Assembly: GCA_018692915.1 (NCBI GenBank)
Contig: JABHLG010000009.1
Location: forward strand, 9,332-73,331
DNA: 64,000 nucleotides
Source of the DNA: Candidatus Woesearchaeota archaeon
GTDB taxonomy: Archaea; Nanobdellota; Nanobdellia; UBA10117; JABICX01
Direction: 5' to 3'
The translations under genes were made by a program, and so were the position numbers. The notes under the pieces were generated by a model. The model did not search any database, was not told the origin of the DNA, and saw only the letters and a list, made by a program, of their open reading frames with translations. Shown piece by piece: positions 56,772 through 64,000 of this stretch; positions within the stretch are counted from its first letter, which is position 1, and every line of letters begins with the position of its first letter.

Positions 56772-57032
56772 ACCATAAGATTCCATAAATCCAGTTATTA
56801 ATTTATATTCCTTGAGATAGCCTGAACCCTTAGCAGTTAGTGAATATGTTTTGCCTTTCGGGTTTTTAGTTTCTGTAATAAAGCCTTTTGAGATAAGTTC
56901 ATTCAAATACTGCTCAAGCATTTGATGTGAGAGATTTGCTTTATACATTATATGTGTCGGTTTTGTCTTGCCAATCTGAATCGCTTTGAGAATGTCATAA
57001 ATAACTTGAAGACTTTCTCTTTTTGATTTCAT
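56763..57032 (-). CDS. winged-helix DNA-binding protein (HTH_45-like)
   Basis: THIMYKANLSHQMLEQYLNELISKGFITE ... YSLTAKGSGYL. Confidence 0.6.
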   Translation of the reverse strand: MKSKRESLQVIYDILKAIQIGKTKPTHIMYKANLSHQMLEQYLNELISKGFITETKNPKGKTYSLTAKGSGYLKEYKLITGFMESYGLD

Positions 57033-57679
57033 TTCTTAAGCAACCTCAGATTAACTAATACACATACATATGCAATCAGCTCTAAGGACCTTCCAAGTAT
57101 GAAGAACAATCCCTGGCGGGCTGCAAATATAAATGTAAAATTACTAATTAGCAAAAAGACAAACGCAATCAAAACCAGTTCTGTCTTTAAGTTCTTATGC
57201 GCCCGATAGTTCCGATAATAAAACAATACGAGGAACATTAACATGAAAGAGGAAATAATATGAAATACATGAATAGACATGGGGTTAAACAGAATCGGGA
57301 TCAAAACCAACCCTAATAACAACCCAAGTAATTGCTTGCTCCGTGTTTTGCAAGTCATATAAACCAAAAGAATTAGACCAACTGAAAACAGGATTTCATG
57401 AGAAAACGTAGACGCAGTAATAAACGGAACTGCTGTTCTAAATTTAGCTCTAACAACTGTTTCAAGCTTATACTTCAAAACAATTCCAAGAATCACCTGG
57501 AGAATATATGCAAGTGCAAAAGACAAGAATGCAAAACTAAAAAGTTTCAACTCTTTCCGACCTGTAAGTTTGTAAACTTTGTATGAAATAAAACTAACTA
57601 AAAAAGTCGTAACAGCAAAAGCCAAAGTAAAAAGTATATTAAGATTCATAAATCCTTGAGAAATTGCATAAGGTGGCAT
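57029..57679 (-). CDS. polytopic membrane protein (216 aa)
   Basis: ORF track entry with about six TM helices. Confidence 0.5.
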   Translation of the reverse strand: MPPYAISQGFMNLNILFTLAFAVTTFLVSFISYKVYKLTGRKELKLFSFAFLSFALAYILQVILGIVLKYKLETVVRAKFRTAVPFITASTFSHEILFSVGLILLVYMTCKTRSKQLLGLLLGLVLIPILFNPMSIHVFHIISSFMLMFLVLFYYRNYRAHKNLKTELVLIAFVFLLISNFTFIFAARQGLFFILGRSLELIAYVCVLVNLRLLKK

Positions 57680-57786
57680 ACTAAGAAAAGCTTAATTTTG
57701 TTTAAAAGAGTTGTGAAGGATTCCTCTTATTTATCCTTAACAGCGCTTTAATAAAGCAAATTTATATTTCCTTCAGGAGAACCAAA

Positions 57787-58212
57787 ATGAAAAATAATAA
57801 AATAATTGGAATGATGGCGCTGTTCGTTATTGGTATGATAGTATCAGTAGGAGCAGTCAGTGCATATAGGGGTAACTATTCAATAGAAGGTCCTAACTGC
57901 TCACCTGAAAGGCACGAAGAAATGCAACAAGCATTTGAAAATCAAGATTATGAATCATGGTATAACTTAATGACTGAAGATGGAAGACATCCACGAGTTG
58001 TTGATGTTGTAAATGAAGATAATTTTGATGTGTTTGTCAAAGCACATGAAACTGGAAAATCTGGCGACACTGAAACTGCTGCACAATTGCGAGCTGAACT
58101 TGGACTAAATAACGGTATGGGTCCAAAAGACGGAACAGGTTTCAGAAGAGGAATGGGTTCAAGACAAGGTCTTAGAGATGGTTCTGGAGCTGGACAGATG
58201 AAAGGTCAATGA
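57787..58212 (+). CDS. secreted protein with Gly/Arg-rich DGTGxRRGxG tail
   Basis: Signal peptide. The C-terminus GMGPKDGTGFRRGMGSRQGLRDGSGAGQ echoes the N-terminus of the DUF5320-like protein. Confidence 0.5.
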   Translation: MKNNKIIGMMALFVIGMIVSVGAVSAYRGNYSIEGPNCSPERHEEMQQAFENQDYESWYNLMTEDGRHPRVVDVVNEDNFDVFVKAHETGKSGDTETAAQLRAELGLNNGMGPKDGTGFRRGMGSRQGLRDGSGAGQMKGQ

Positions 58213-58336
58213 AAAAAGTAATTCTTCCTTTATTTTTTATTTTTAGATAAGCTTTTTATTACTATAATCTCATATATTTACATATATCCCGACAAACAGG
58301 AACAAAGTGGACTCGTTGTGTCCCCAGCACTGAACC

Positions 58337-58354
58337 TTTTTCTTGTAAGAAAAA
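58337..58354 (+). other. palindromic hairpin tttttctt-gt-aagaaaaa (recurring motif, copy E), 7 nt after a 12-nt copy of the tRNA-Leu 3' end
   Basis: Seen directly in the sequence. tgtccccagcac at 58319-58330 equals 52499-52510. Confidence 0.5.
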
Positions 58355-58381
58355 CGTTCTCGAAAAAGAACATTTTCAAAA

Positions 58382-59347
58382 ATGAAAACATGTAAAATAG
58401 GTTCTATAGAAATTAAGAATAACATTTGTCTAGCGCCGATGGCAGGTTTAACAGATATTGCTTTTAGAGTGTTAGCTAAAAAACAAGGTGTTGGATTAGT
58501 CTGGACTGAAATGGTTTCTGTAAATGCCATCAACCAAAACAATGGCGTTACAATGAGAATGACTGAAATCGATCCTAACGAAAGACCTGTTGCAATTCAA
58601 TTATTTGGTCAGCAGATTGAGCAGATTGAAAGAGCAGTTAAGAAAATCGAAGACCGCGCAGACATTATTGATTTTAATATGGGCTGTCCTGCAACACATA
58701 TTATTAGAGCAGGTTCTTGTTCTGCATTATTAGGTCGACCTGAAAAAGTTAAAAAAATTATTGAAACAATTCGCAAATCAACAAAGAAACCAATCACTGT
58801 AAAAATAAGAATAGGTCTTAATGACTACAAAAAAAATCATGTTCGAATTGCTAAAATTATTGAGCAAGCAGGAGCAGATGCAATTATAGTTCATGGCAGA
58901 ACTGTTGCTCAAAAATATTCAGGGATTGTAAATTACAAAGCAATTAAAGAAGTTAAAGATGCGGTCTCAATTCCTGTAATTGGAAATGGTGATATTGTTG
59001 ATGGCGCTTCTGCTAAGAAAATGTTTGATGAAACAGGTTGTGATGCGATTATGGTAGGTAGGGCTGCTGCCAAAGACCCGTTCATATTCAAGCGAATTAT
59101 TCATTATCTAAAAACTGGAAAAGAACTTCCTGAACCAACTGATAAAGAAAAGATAAATCACTTTTTTGAATATGCAAAACTCTGTGAAAAATATACTATT
59201 AGAGTAGGTCATTTAATTGCTCACGCACATTTATTCACAAAAGGAATTAGAAAAAGCACAATACTTCGTGAACAAATTAATACAGTAAAAACGCGCGATG
59301 AAGTAATTGCGCTAATTAAATCATTTAAGAAAAAGCTTAAAAACTAA
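58382..59347 (+). CDS. dus: tRNA-dihydrouridine synthase
   Basis: LAPMAGLTDIAFR ... FGQ ... DFNMGCP FMN TIM-barrel motifs. Confidence 0.9.
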   Translation: MKTCKIGSIEIKNNICLAPMAGLTDIAFRVLAKKQGVGLVWTEMVSVNAINQNNGVTMRMTEIDPNERPVAIQLFGQQIEQIERAVKKIEDRADIIDFNMGCPATHIIRAGSCSALLGRPEKVKKIIETIRKSTKKPITVKIRIGLNDYKKNHVRIAKIIEQAGADAIIVHGRTVAQKYSGIVNYKAIKEVKDAVSIPVIGNGDIVDGASAKKMFDETGCDAIMVGRAAAKDPFIFKRIIHYLKTGKELPEPTDKEKINHFFEYAKLCEKYTIRVGHLIAHAHLFTKGIRKSTILREQINTVKTRDEVIALIKSFKKKLKN

Positions 59348-59363
59348 TTAGATTGAATAGCAT

Positions 59364-60050
59364 ATGAAAACACCAAAAGCTGATGTTAAAAATATAATTG
59401 TTGCTGGAAAGTCTGGAGCTGGAAAGCAACCTCGTATTGATGTTATTGCTGAAGAGCTAGGATTAAAACAGCTATCTACTGGAACAATTTTTAGAGATAT
59501 TCTTTCAAAAGATACTCCTCTTGCTAAAAAAGTAAAATATTATGTAGAAAATGGTAAGTGGGTTCCTGATGAAGTTACAAATGAAGTATTTGCTGAATAC
59601 TTTAAACGCCATGATTTCAAAGGGTGTATTCTTGATGGATTTCCACGGACTGCTGAGCAAGCAAAATTCTTAATGAAACTATTAAGAGAAAATGGTAGTC
59701 ATGTTGATATGATTATAGAAGTTCATAGAGAAGACGAACATATTGTAAATCATGTTATTCACAGACGGATTTGTAAAACATGTGGTAAAACATATCATAT
59801 GGTAGATAACCCACCAAAAGGTAAAAAATGTAGTAAATGTGATGGTGAAGTTTATCACCGAAGCGATGATACTGTAGAAAAAATCAAAAGCAGATTAAAT
59901 GAATTCCATACAAAAGTTGTTCCTGCAATTGAAGAATTAAAGAAAAATGATATTCATTTTGTTATGGTAAATGGTTTCTTAAATCCTTGGACACCAACTA
60001 AAGTTCAAGAAACTGTTCGAGAAGCATTAAAAACAAAGATTGATTTGTGA
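59364..60050 (+). CDS. adenylate kinase-like nucleotide kinase (second, long-type paralogue with Zn LID and atypical P-loop)
   Basis: GKSGAGKQP P-loop variant. LDGFPRTAEQA. LID CKTCGK ... CSKCDG. Confidence 0.7.
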   Translation: MKTPKADVKNIIVAGKSGAGKQPRIDVIAEELGLKQLSTGTIFRDILSKDTPLAKKVKYYVENGKWVPDEVTNEVFAEYFKRHDFKGCILDGFPRTAEQAKFLMKLLRENGSHVDMIIEVHREDEHIVNHVIHRRICKTCGKTYHMVDNPPKGKKCSKCDGEVYHRSDDTVEKIKSRLNEFHTKVVPAIEELKKNDIHFVMVNGFLNPWTPTKVQETVREALKTKIDL

Positions 60051-60100
60051 AAGTTTCTTTAGAAAACATAAACTTAAATATTAATTAATATTTTCTTAAT

Positions 60101-60652
60101 ATGCATAATAAAAGCTGGATTAAATATGTAATTGGTTTGCTAATTTGTATAATTATTAGAAGATTTGTTCCAATGCCTATTCCAAATATTGAACCAATTA
60201 TGTTTACAATGATGCCTTTTGCAAAAAAATATGGAAAAATGGCAGGCTTCATATTTGCATTTAGTGCAATTATTGCTATTGATTTTATAACGGGAATTGT
60301 TGGTATTTGGACAGCAGTCACTTCAATCACTTATGGTGCAATTGGAATATTTGCAGCACAATATCTATATCAAAAGAAGAACAAAACAAAATATTATGTT
60401 GGCTTTGCAATTCTAGGAACTCTTGCTTATGATGCAATAACTGGAATTGGAATGGGAACGCTATTATTTGGTCAAACTTTGCAATTCACAATTCTTGGGC
60501 AAATTCCATTTACAATATATCATTTAATTGGTAACGTAAGTTTTGCAGCTTTATTTAGTGGATTAATATACAAATTTATTGTAGCAAATCCTAAACTAGA
60601 CACTGATGTAGTTTATGATAAAATAAAAACCAAATTTTCACATCGAATTTAA
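60101..60652 (+). CDS. membrane protein resembling an ECF-transporter S component (6 TM)
   Basis: Hydrophobic profile only. Confidence 0.45.
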   Translation: MHNKSWIKYVIGLLICIIIRRFVPMPIPNIEPIMFTMMPFAKKYGKMAGFIFAFSAIIAIDFITGIVGIWTAVTSITYGAIGIFAAQYLYQKKNKTKYYVGFAILGTLAYDAITGIGMGTLLFGQTLQFTILGQIPFTIYHLIGNVSFAALFSGLIYKFIVANPKLDTDVVYDKIKTKFSHRI

Positions 60653-60653
60653 A

Positions 60654-60872
60654 ATGGATAGAGAAACTGAAAAAAGATATGTAGCTGACCAAATCAGAGT
60701 TTTATTTCTAACTAAATGGGCAGGTAAGTGGGTTGCTGAAAACGAACTACGACAGCAAAACCGTTTATGGTCACAGGTTTTTCAGGAACTAGTCCAGCAG
60801 AAGTTTATTGAAAAGAAACACGAGGGCACTATAACAAAATATAAATGGAAGGAACCTCTTGAGCAATTATGA
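60654..60872 (+). CDS. hypothetical small protein (72 aa)
   Basis: ORF track entry. It overlaps the next gene by 4 nt. Confidence 0.35.
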   Translation: MDRETEKRYVADQIRVLFLTKWAGKWVAENELRQQNRLWSQVFQELVQQKFIEKKHEGTITKYKWKEPLEQL

Positions 60873-61561
60873 AGCACGTAATTATCTATCGAAATAATGA
60901 AATCAATTTCTCAGTTAAAGCTAATCATTTAGCTAAACGAATTATTCTACGGATTTCTAATGATGGAGAAGTTAATGTTACGATTCCTAGCAAGAGATTT
61001 GAACGAGAAGCTATTCAGCTAGTTCAGAAAAAAGGTGCTTGGATTTTAGCGCATTTAAACAAAATTAATCGAGAAACAGAATCTAAGCCAAAGGTTGTTG
61101 ATGAAATTCAGTTCCTTGGCAATAAATATCCTGTTGAAGTTTTGGGTGGCTCAAAACGTGCTAAGCTAAAATTCAAAACAAACAAGTTTGAGCTATACTT
61201 AGGTAACCATACATATGATGATGTCCGAGTTGAACTGAAAAAATGGTATACGACACGCGCTAGGGAAGTTATTCCGAACTTAATTGAAAACTTTGGCTAT
61301 TCAGATAGAGTTAAACGAATTGCAATCAAAGGTCAGAAAACCTGCTGGGGTTCTTGCTCAACAAAGAACAATTTGAATTTTAATTGGAAGCTAATGATGG
61401 CTCCTTTTGAAGTTGTTAATTATGTTGTTGCTCACGAACTAACGCATTTAGACCATATGGACCACTCCGCACAGTTCTGGTCAGCTGTTCAGGAAAAATG
61501 CCCAGACTATCTCAGACATCGAGGCTGGCTAAAACACCATGGTCGATTGTTGAAGTTCTAA
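60869..61561 (+). CDS. YgjP-like (DUF45/M48-type) zinc metallopeptidase
   Basis: VVAHELTHLDHMDHSAQFW is the HExxH motif followed by a conserved W. Confidence 0.8.
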   Translation: MKHVIIYRNNEINFSVKANHLAKRIILRISNDGEVNVTIPSKRFEREAIQLVQKKGAWILAHLNKINRETESKPKVVDEIQFLGNKYPVEVLGGSKRAKLKFKTNKFELYLGNHTYDDVRVELKKWYTTRAREVIPNLIENFGYSDRVKRIAIKGQKTCWGSCSTKNNLNFNWKLMMAPFEVVNYVVAHELTHLDHMDHSAQFWSAVQEKCPDYLRHRGWLKHHGRLLKF

Positions 61562-61609
61562 TCGATTGTTTCAACAAAACTTTTTATATCGTAGAGATTT
61601 CTCAAAGGA

Positions 61610-63475
61610 ATGAGTATTTTTCCATTTGATGAAGTTAGACCTGAACAGAATAAACTAATGGCAGACATTGAATCTGCTATAAAAGAAGGACAAAGTATAA
61701 TTGCTCACGCTCCAACAGGTTTAGGGAAAACTGCTGCAGCACTAACTCCTGCGCTTGAATATGCAATTGAAAATAACAAAACAGTTTTCTTTCTAACGTC
61801 ACGTAATACACAACATACACTAATTATTGAAACTTTACGTGAGATGAATAATAAACAAAAAATTATAGCTGTTGATTTTATTGGCAAAAAAGGTATGTGC
61901 CCGCAGATGCTCAATTATGATTCGCGAAGTATAAACTTTATTGAATTTTGCAAGGACCAGCGAAAAACAAAAGACTGTAAATTATTCAATAAGACTCTGG
62001 ATAAAAATGAAGCTACAAAAAAATCAGAAGAATTTATTGCAAAATTAATTGAAGAAGGTCCACTAAATGTTGAAGAAGTTGTTGCTAGAAGTGTGAATAA
62101 TTTTTGTGCATATGAACTTTCTATGCTTTTAGCTCAACAAGCAAATGTTATTGTTGCAGATTACTATCACATATTTAGTCCGAAAGTTCGTAAGTTCTTT
62201 CTTAATAAGATAAAAAAGGACCTTGCTAATTCAATTATTATTATTGATGAAGCACATAACTTACCAGATAGAATTCGTAATCTTCTAACAAATAAAATCA
62301 ATACATTAACTCTTTCGAAACTTTCTAATGATATTAAAAATAATGTCCTAGAAGATTTAGATGTTACACTAAAAGATATTGTAAATCGCCTAAGAATGTA
62401 TGGTGAAAATGCTTTAGGTAATAAAAAAGAAGTAAAAGTAACAAAAGAAGATTTTATTAGCATCGTAGAAACTGCGACAGATGCTACTTATTCAGATTTT
62501 ATTGAAACACTTGAAACAATTAGCAGTGAAATAGAAGATCCCGATAATGAAGATAGTATCACTCGCTTTGTTGAATTCTTACGTAGTTGGTTAGGTAAAG
62601 AAGAGGGATTTGTAAGAATTTTAAAACGCGAATTCACAAAAGCACGTAGACCATTTACATCAATTGAATACAATTGTTTACATCCTGGAGCACTTGCTAA
62701 AAAAGTTTTTGATGAAGTTCATTCAGCAATACTAATGTCTGGAACACTTACACCTACAGAAATGTATCGAGATATTTTAGAATTAAAAAAAGATACATTA
62801 TTGAAAGTATATAGCAATCCATTTCCAAATGAAAATAGATTAGTTTTAGTTTCATCAGATATTACTACAAAATATGAAGAACGGACTGAGCAAATGTTCA
62901 AAAAAATTGCTGCTTCTTGTGCATATATAATAAATAATGTTAAAGGAAATTCTGCAATATTCTTTTCATCATATGATATTTTAGCAAAGACAATGATATT
63001 TTTAGATAAAATTGTTGAAAAAGATCTTTTTATTGAAAAAAAAGGTATGACAAAAGCAGAACGTTCGCAACTACTTGTAGATTTTAAGCAAAATTTAATT
63101 CATGGTGGTGGAGCAATTATTGGTGTGCAGGGTGCTAATTTTTCTGAAGGTATTGATTTACCTGGGGATTTGCTAAAAGCTGTTGCAATAGTTGGTGTCC
63201 CATTTGCACCTCCAGATTTACGACAAAAAGCAATTATAGATTACTATGAAAAAAACTTTAGACATGGTTGGGATTATGGATATATTTTTCCTGCAATGAA
63301 TCGTGCACTTCAAGCAGCAGGTAGATGTATTCGCAGCGCAGAAGACAGAGGCATAATTGCATTTTTAGACAAGCGATTTTCATGGAGTAAGTATGCAAAA
63401 ATTATTCCACCTGATTGGAATGCTCAAACAACAGATTACTTCGGAGATAAAATACAAAACTTCTTTGATAATTAA
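61610..63475 (+). CDS. xpd: XPD/Rad3-family FeS DNA helicase
   Basis: FPFDEVRPEQ ... APTGLGKT, an FeS-domain Cys cluster (CPQM ... C ... C ... C), DEAH box IIIDEAHNL, and motif VI GRCIRS. Confidence 0.9.
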   Translation: MSIFPFDEVRPEQNKLMADIESAIKEGQSIIAHAPTGLGKTAAALTPALEYAIENNKTVFFLTSRNTQHTLIIETLREMNNKQKIIAVDFIGKKGMCPQMLNYDSRSINFIEFCKDQRKTKDCKLFNKTLDKNEATKKSEEFIAKLIEEGPLNVEEVVARSVNNFCAYELSMLLAQQANVIVADYYHIFSPKVRKFFLNKIKKDLANSIIIIDEAHNLPDRIRNLLTNKINTLTLSKLSNDIKNNVLEDLDVTLKDIVNRLRMYGENALGNKKEVKVTKEDFISIVETATDATYSDFIETLETISSEIEDPDNEDSITRFVEFLRSWLGKEEGFVRILKREFTKARRPFTSIEYNCLHPGALAKKVFDEVHSAILMSGTLTPTEMYRDILELKKDTLLKVYSNPFPNENRLVLVSSDITTKYEERTEQMFKKIAASCAYIINNVKGNSAIFFSSYDILAKTMIFLDKIVEKDLFIEKKGMTKAERSQLLVDFKQNLIHGGGAIIGVQGANFSEGIDLPGDLLKAVAIVGVPFAPPDLRQKAIIDYYEKNFRHGWDYGYIFPAMNRALQAAGRCIRSAEDRGIIAFLDKRFSWSKYAKIIPPDWNAQTTDYFGDKIQNFFDN

Positions 63476-63481
63476 TTTTAA

Positions 63482-64000
63482 TCAAAAACTTGCTATTTGT
63501 TTTGGAGTTAATTCAGTATATTTTCCAGATTCCAATTTTCCAAGTTTTATAGACCCAACTTGAATTCGCTCTAATTTCCTAATTTTATACCCTAATGAAT
63601 TAAAAATACGTCTAACAATTCTATTTTTTCCTTCATGAAGTATTATCTCAGCAGTAGTTTTATCTACCTGTCTAACTTTTGCAGGAGCAGTTTTTCCATC
63701 TTCAAGAGTTACTCCTTTTGATATCTGAAGAATATGTTGTTCAGAAAGTGGCTTGTTTAACTCAACACGATATGTTTTTTTTATCTCATATCGTGGATGC
63801 ATAATTTTATTTGCAAAGTCGCCATCGTTTGTTAACAAAATAAGTCCTGATGTATTATAATCTAATCTACCAATTGGAAACACTCGGGATTTAATTTTAA
63901 TATAATGCATAATTGTTTTGTATTTCGGATCTTTCAAAGCAGTAACACAACCAAGAGGTTTATTGAACATCAAGTAAACTCGCTCTTGCTTACTAATCAA
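63482..64000 (-). CDS. RsuA/RluB-family pseudouridine synthase (N-terminus beyond window)
   Basis: PIGRLDYNTSGLILLTNDGDFANKIMHP is the catalytic Asp motif. The listed Met is probably internal because the ORF runs off the 3' edge. Confidence 0.8.
   Translation of the reverse strand: MISKQERVYLMFNKPLGCVTALKDPKYKTIMHYIKIKSRVFPIGRLDYNTSGLILLTNDGDFANKIMHPRYEIKKTYRVELNKPLSEQHILQISKGVTLEDGKTAPAKVRQVDKTTAEIILHEGKNRIVRRIFNSLGYKIRKLERIQVGSIKLGKLESGKYTELTPKQIASF

Noticed and set aside
58270-58542. Minus-strand ORF overlapping the dus start and the tRNA-end repeat/hairpin
   Set aside because: It is antisense to the well-supported Dus N-terminus and to structured non-coding sequence.
1237-62901. Numerous short antisense or overlapping track ORFs. 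Examples: 1237-1431, 1955-2245, 6485-6841, 15908-16132, 20011-20313, 22215-22550, 24713-25036, 36138-36545, 41346-41696, 50974-51411, 55901-56284, 62167-62901.
   Set aside because: Each lies inside and antisense or out of frame to a confidently assigned gene with conserved motifs. Their products are low-complexity, as expected for chance ORFs in AT-rich DNA.
1-64000. CRISPR arrays, rRNA genes, integrase or recombinase genes
   Set aside because: No regularly spaced direct repeats were found. No rRNA-like GC-rich long conserved stretches were found. No tyrosine or serine recombinase motifs were found in any ORF.

Overview
This window is an AT-rich (roughly 30% GC by eye), gene-dense segment of an archaeal chromosome. 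The archaeal call rests on aIF5B, TFB, Alba, ribosomal proteins S6e/S8e/S17e/L35Ae, ABCE1, Trm1, an XPD helicase and an intron-containing tRNA-Leu. The many small, low-complexity or unknown proteins point to a DPANN-like lineage.

Housekeeping content:
- A long minus-strand array: glmS-glmM-glmU, 2-oxoacid:ferredoxin oxidoreductase alpha/beta, adk, an MFS transporter.
- Alba, S17e and a YchF-like GTPase.
- ABCE1, TFB, Trm1, S8e, Dus, a second Adk-like kinase, a YgjP-like peptidase, XPD, and a partial pseudouridine synthase at the 3' edge.

Accessory or unusual content:
- At the 5' edge, a Cas4-like PD-(D/E)XK nuclease (runs off the window), a Zn-ribbon miniprotein, and an IS5-family transposase with a SWIM zinc finger (higher GC).
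- A tightly coupled three-gene operon of unknown proteins (8.5-10.5 kb) next to an Lrp regulator.
- Downstream of ABCE1, a 42-nt duplication of the ABCE1 3' end. It is followed by a cassette made of a TFB-zinc-ribbon-like miniprotein, an HprK-like P-loop protein and a 595-aa wHTH-fused protein of unknown function.
- From 34.5 to 43.2 kb, a block of unknown proteins: a Q-rich coiled-coil protein, a 494-aa unknown, a disordered repeat protein, a xylose-isomerase-like TIM barrel split by about 330 aa of charged insertion, and two paralogous nucleotidyltransferase + HEPN-like proteins.
- A metal-related module (DUF5320, two NifX-like proteins, a split permease, ZIP, DUF134, Trx-CcdA).
- A palindromic hairpin motif (TTTCTT-GTAAG-AAA) recurs five times, including inside the tRNA-Leu intron.
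- A 183-nt structured locus at 48553-48735 (minus) folds as a tRNA (anticodon GGU) with non-canonical introns. One intron sits in the T-loop and is homologous to the tRNA-Leu intron.

No CRISPR array, rRNA or integrase gene was seen.
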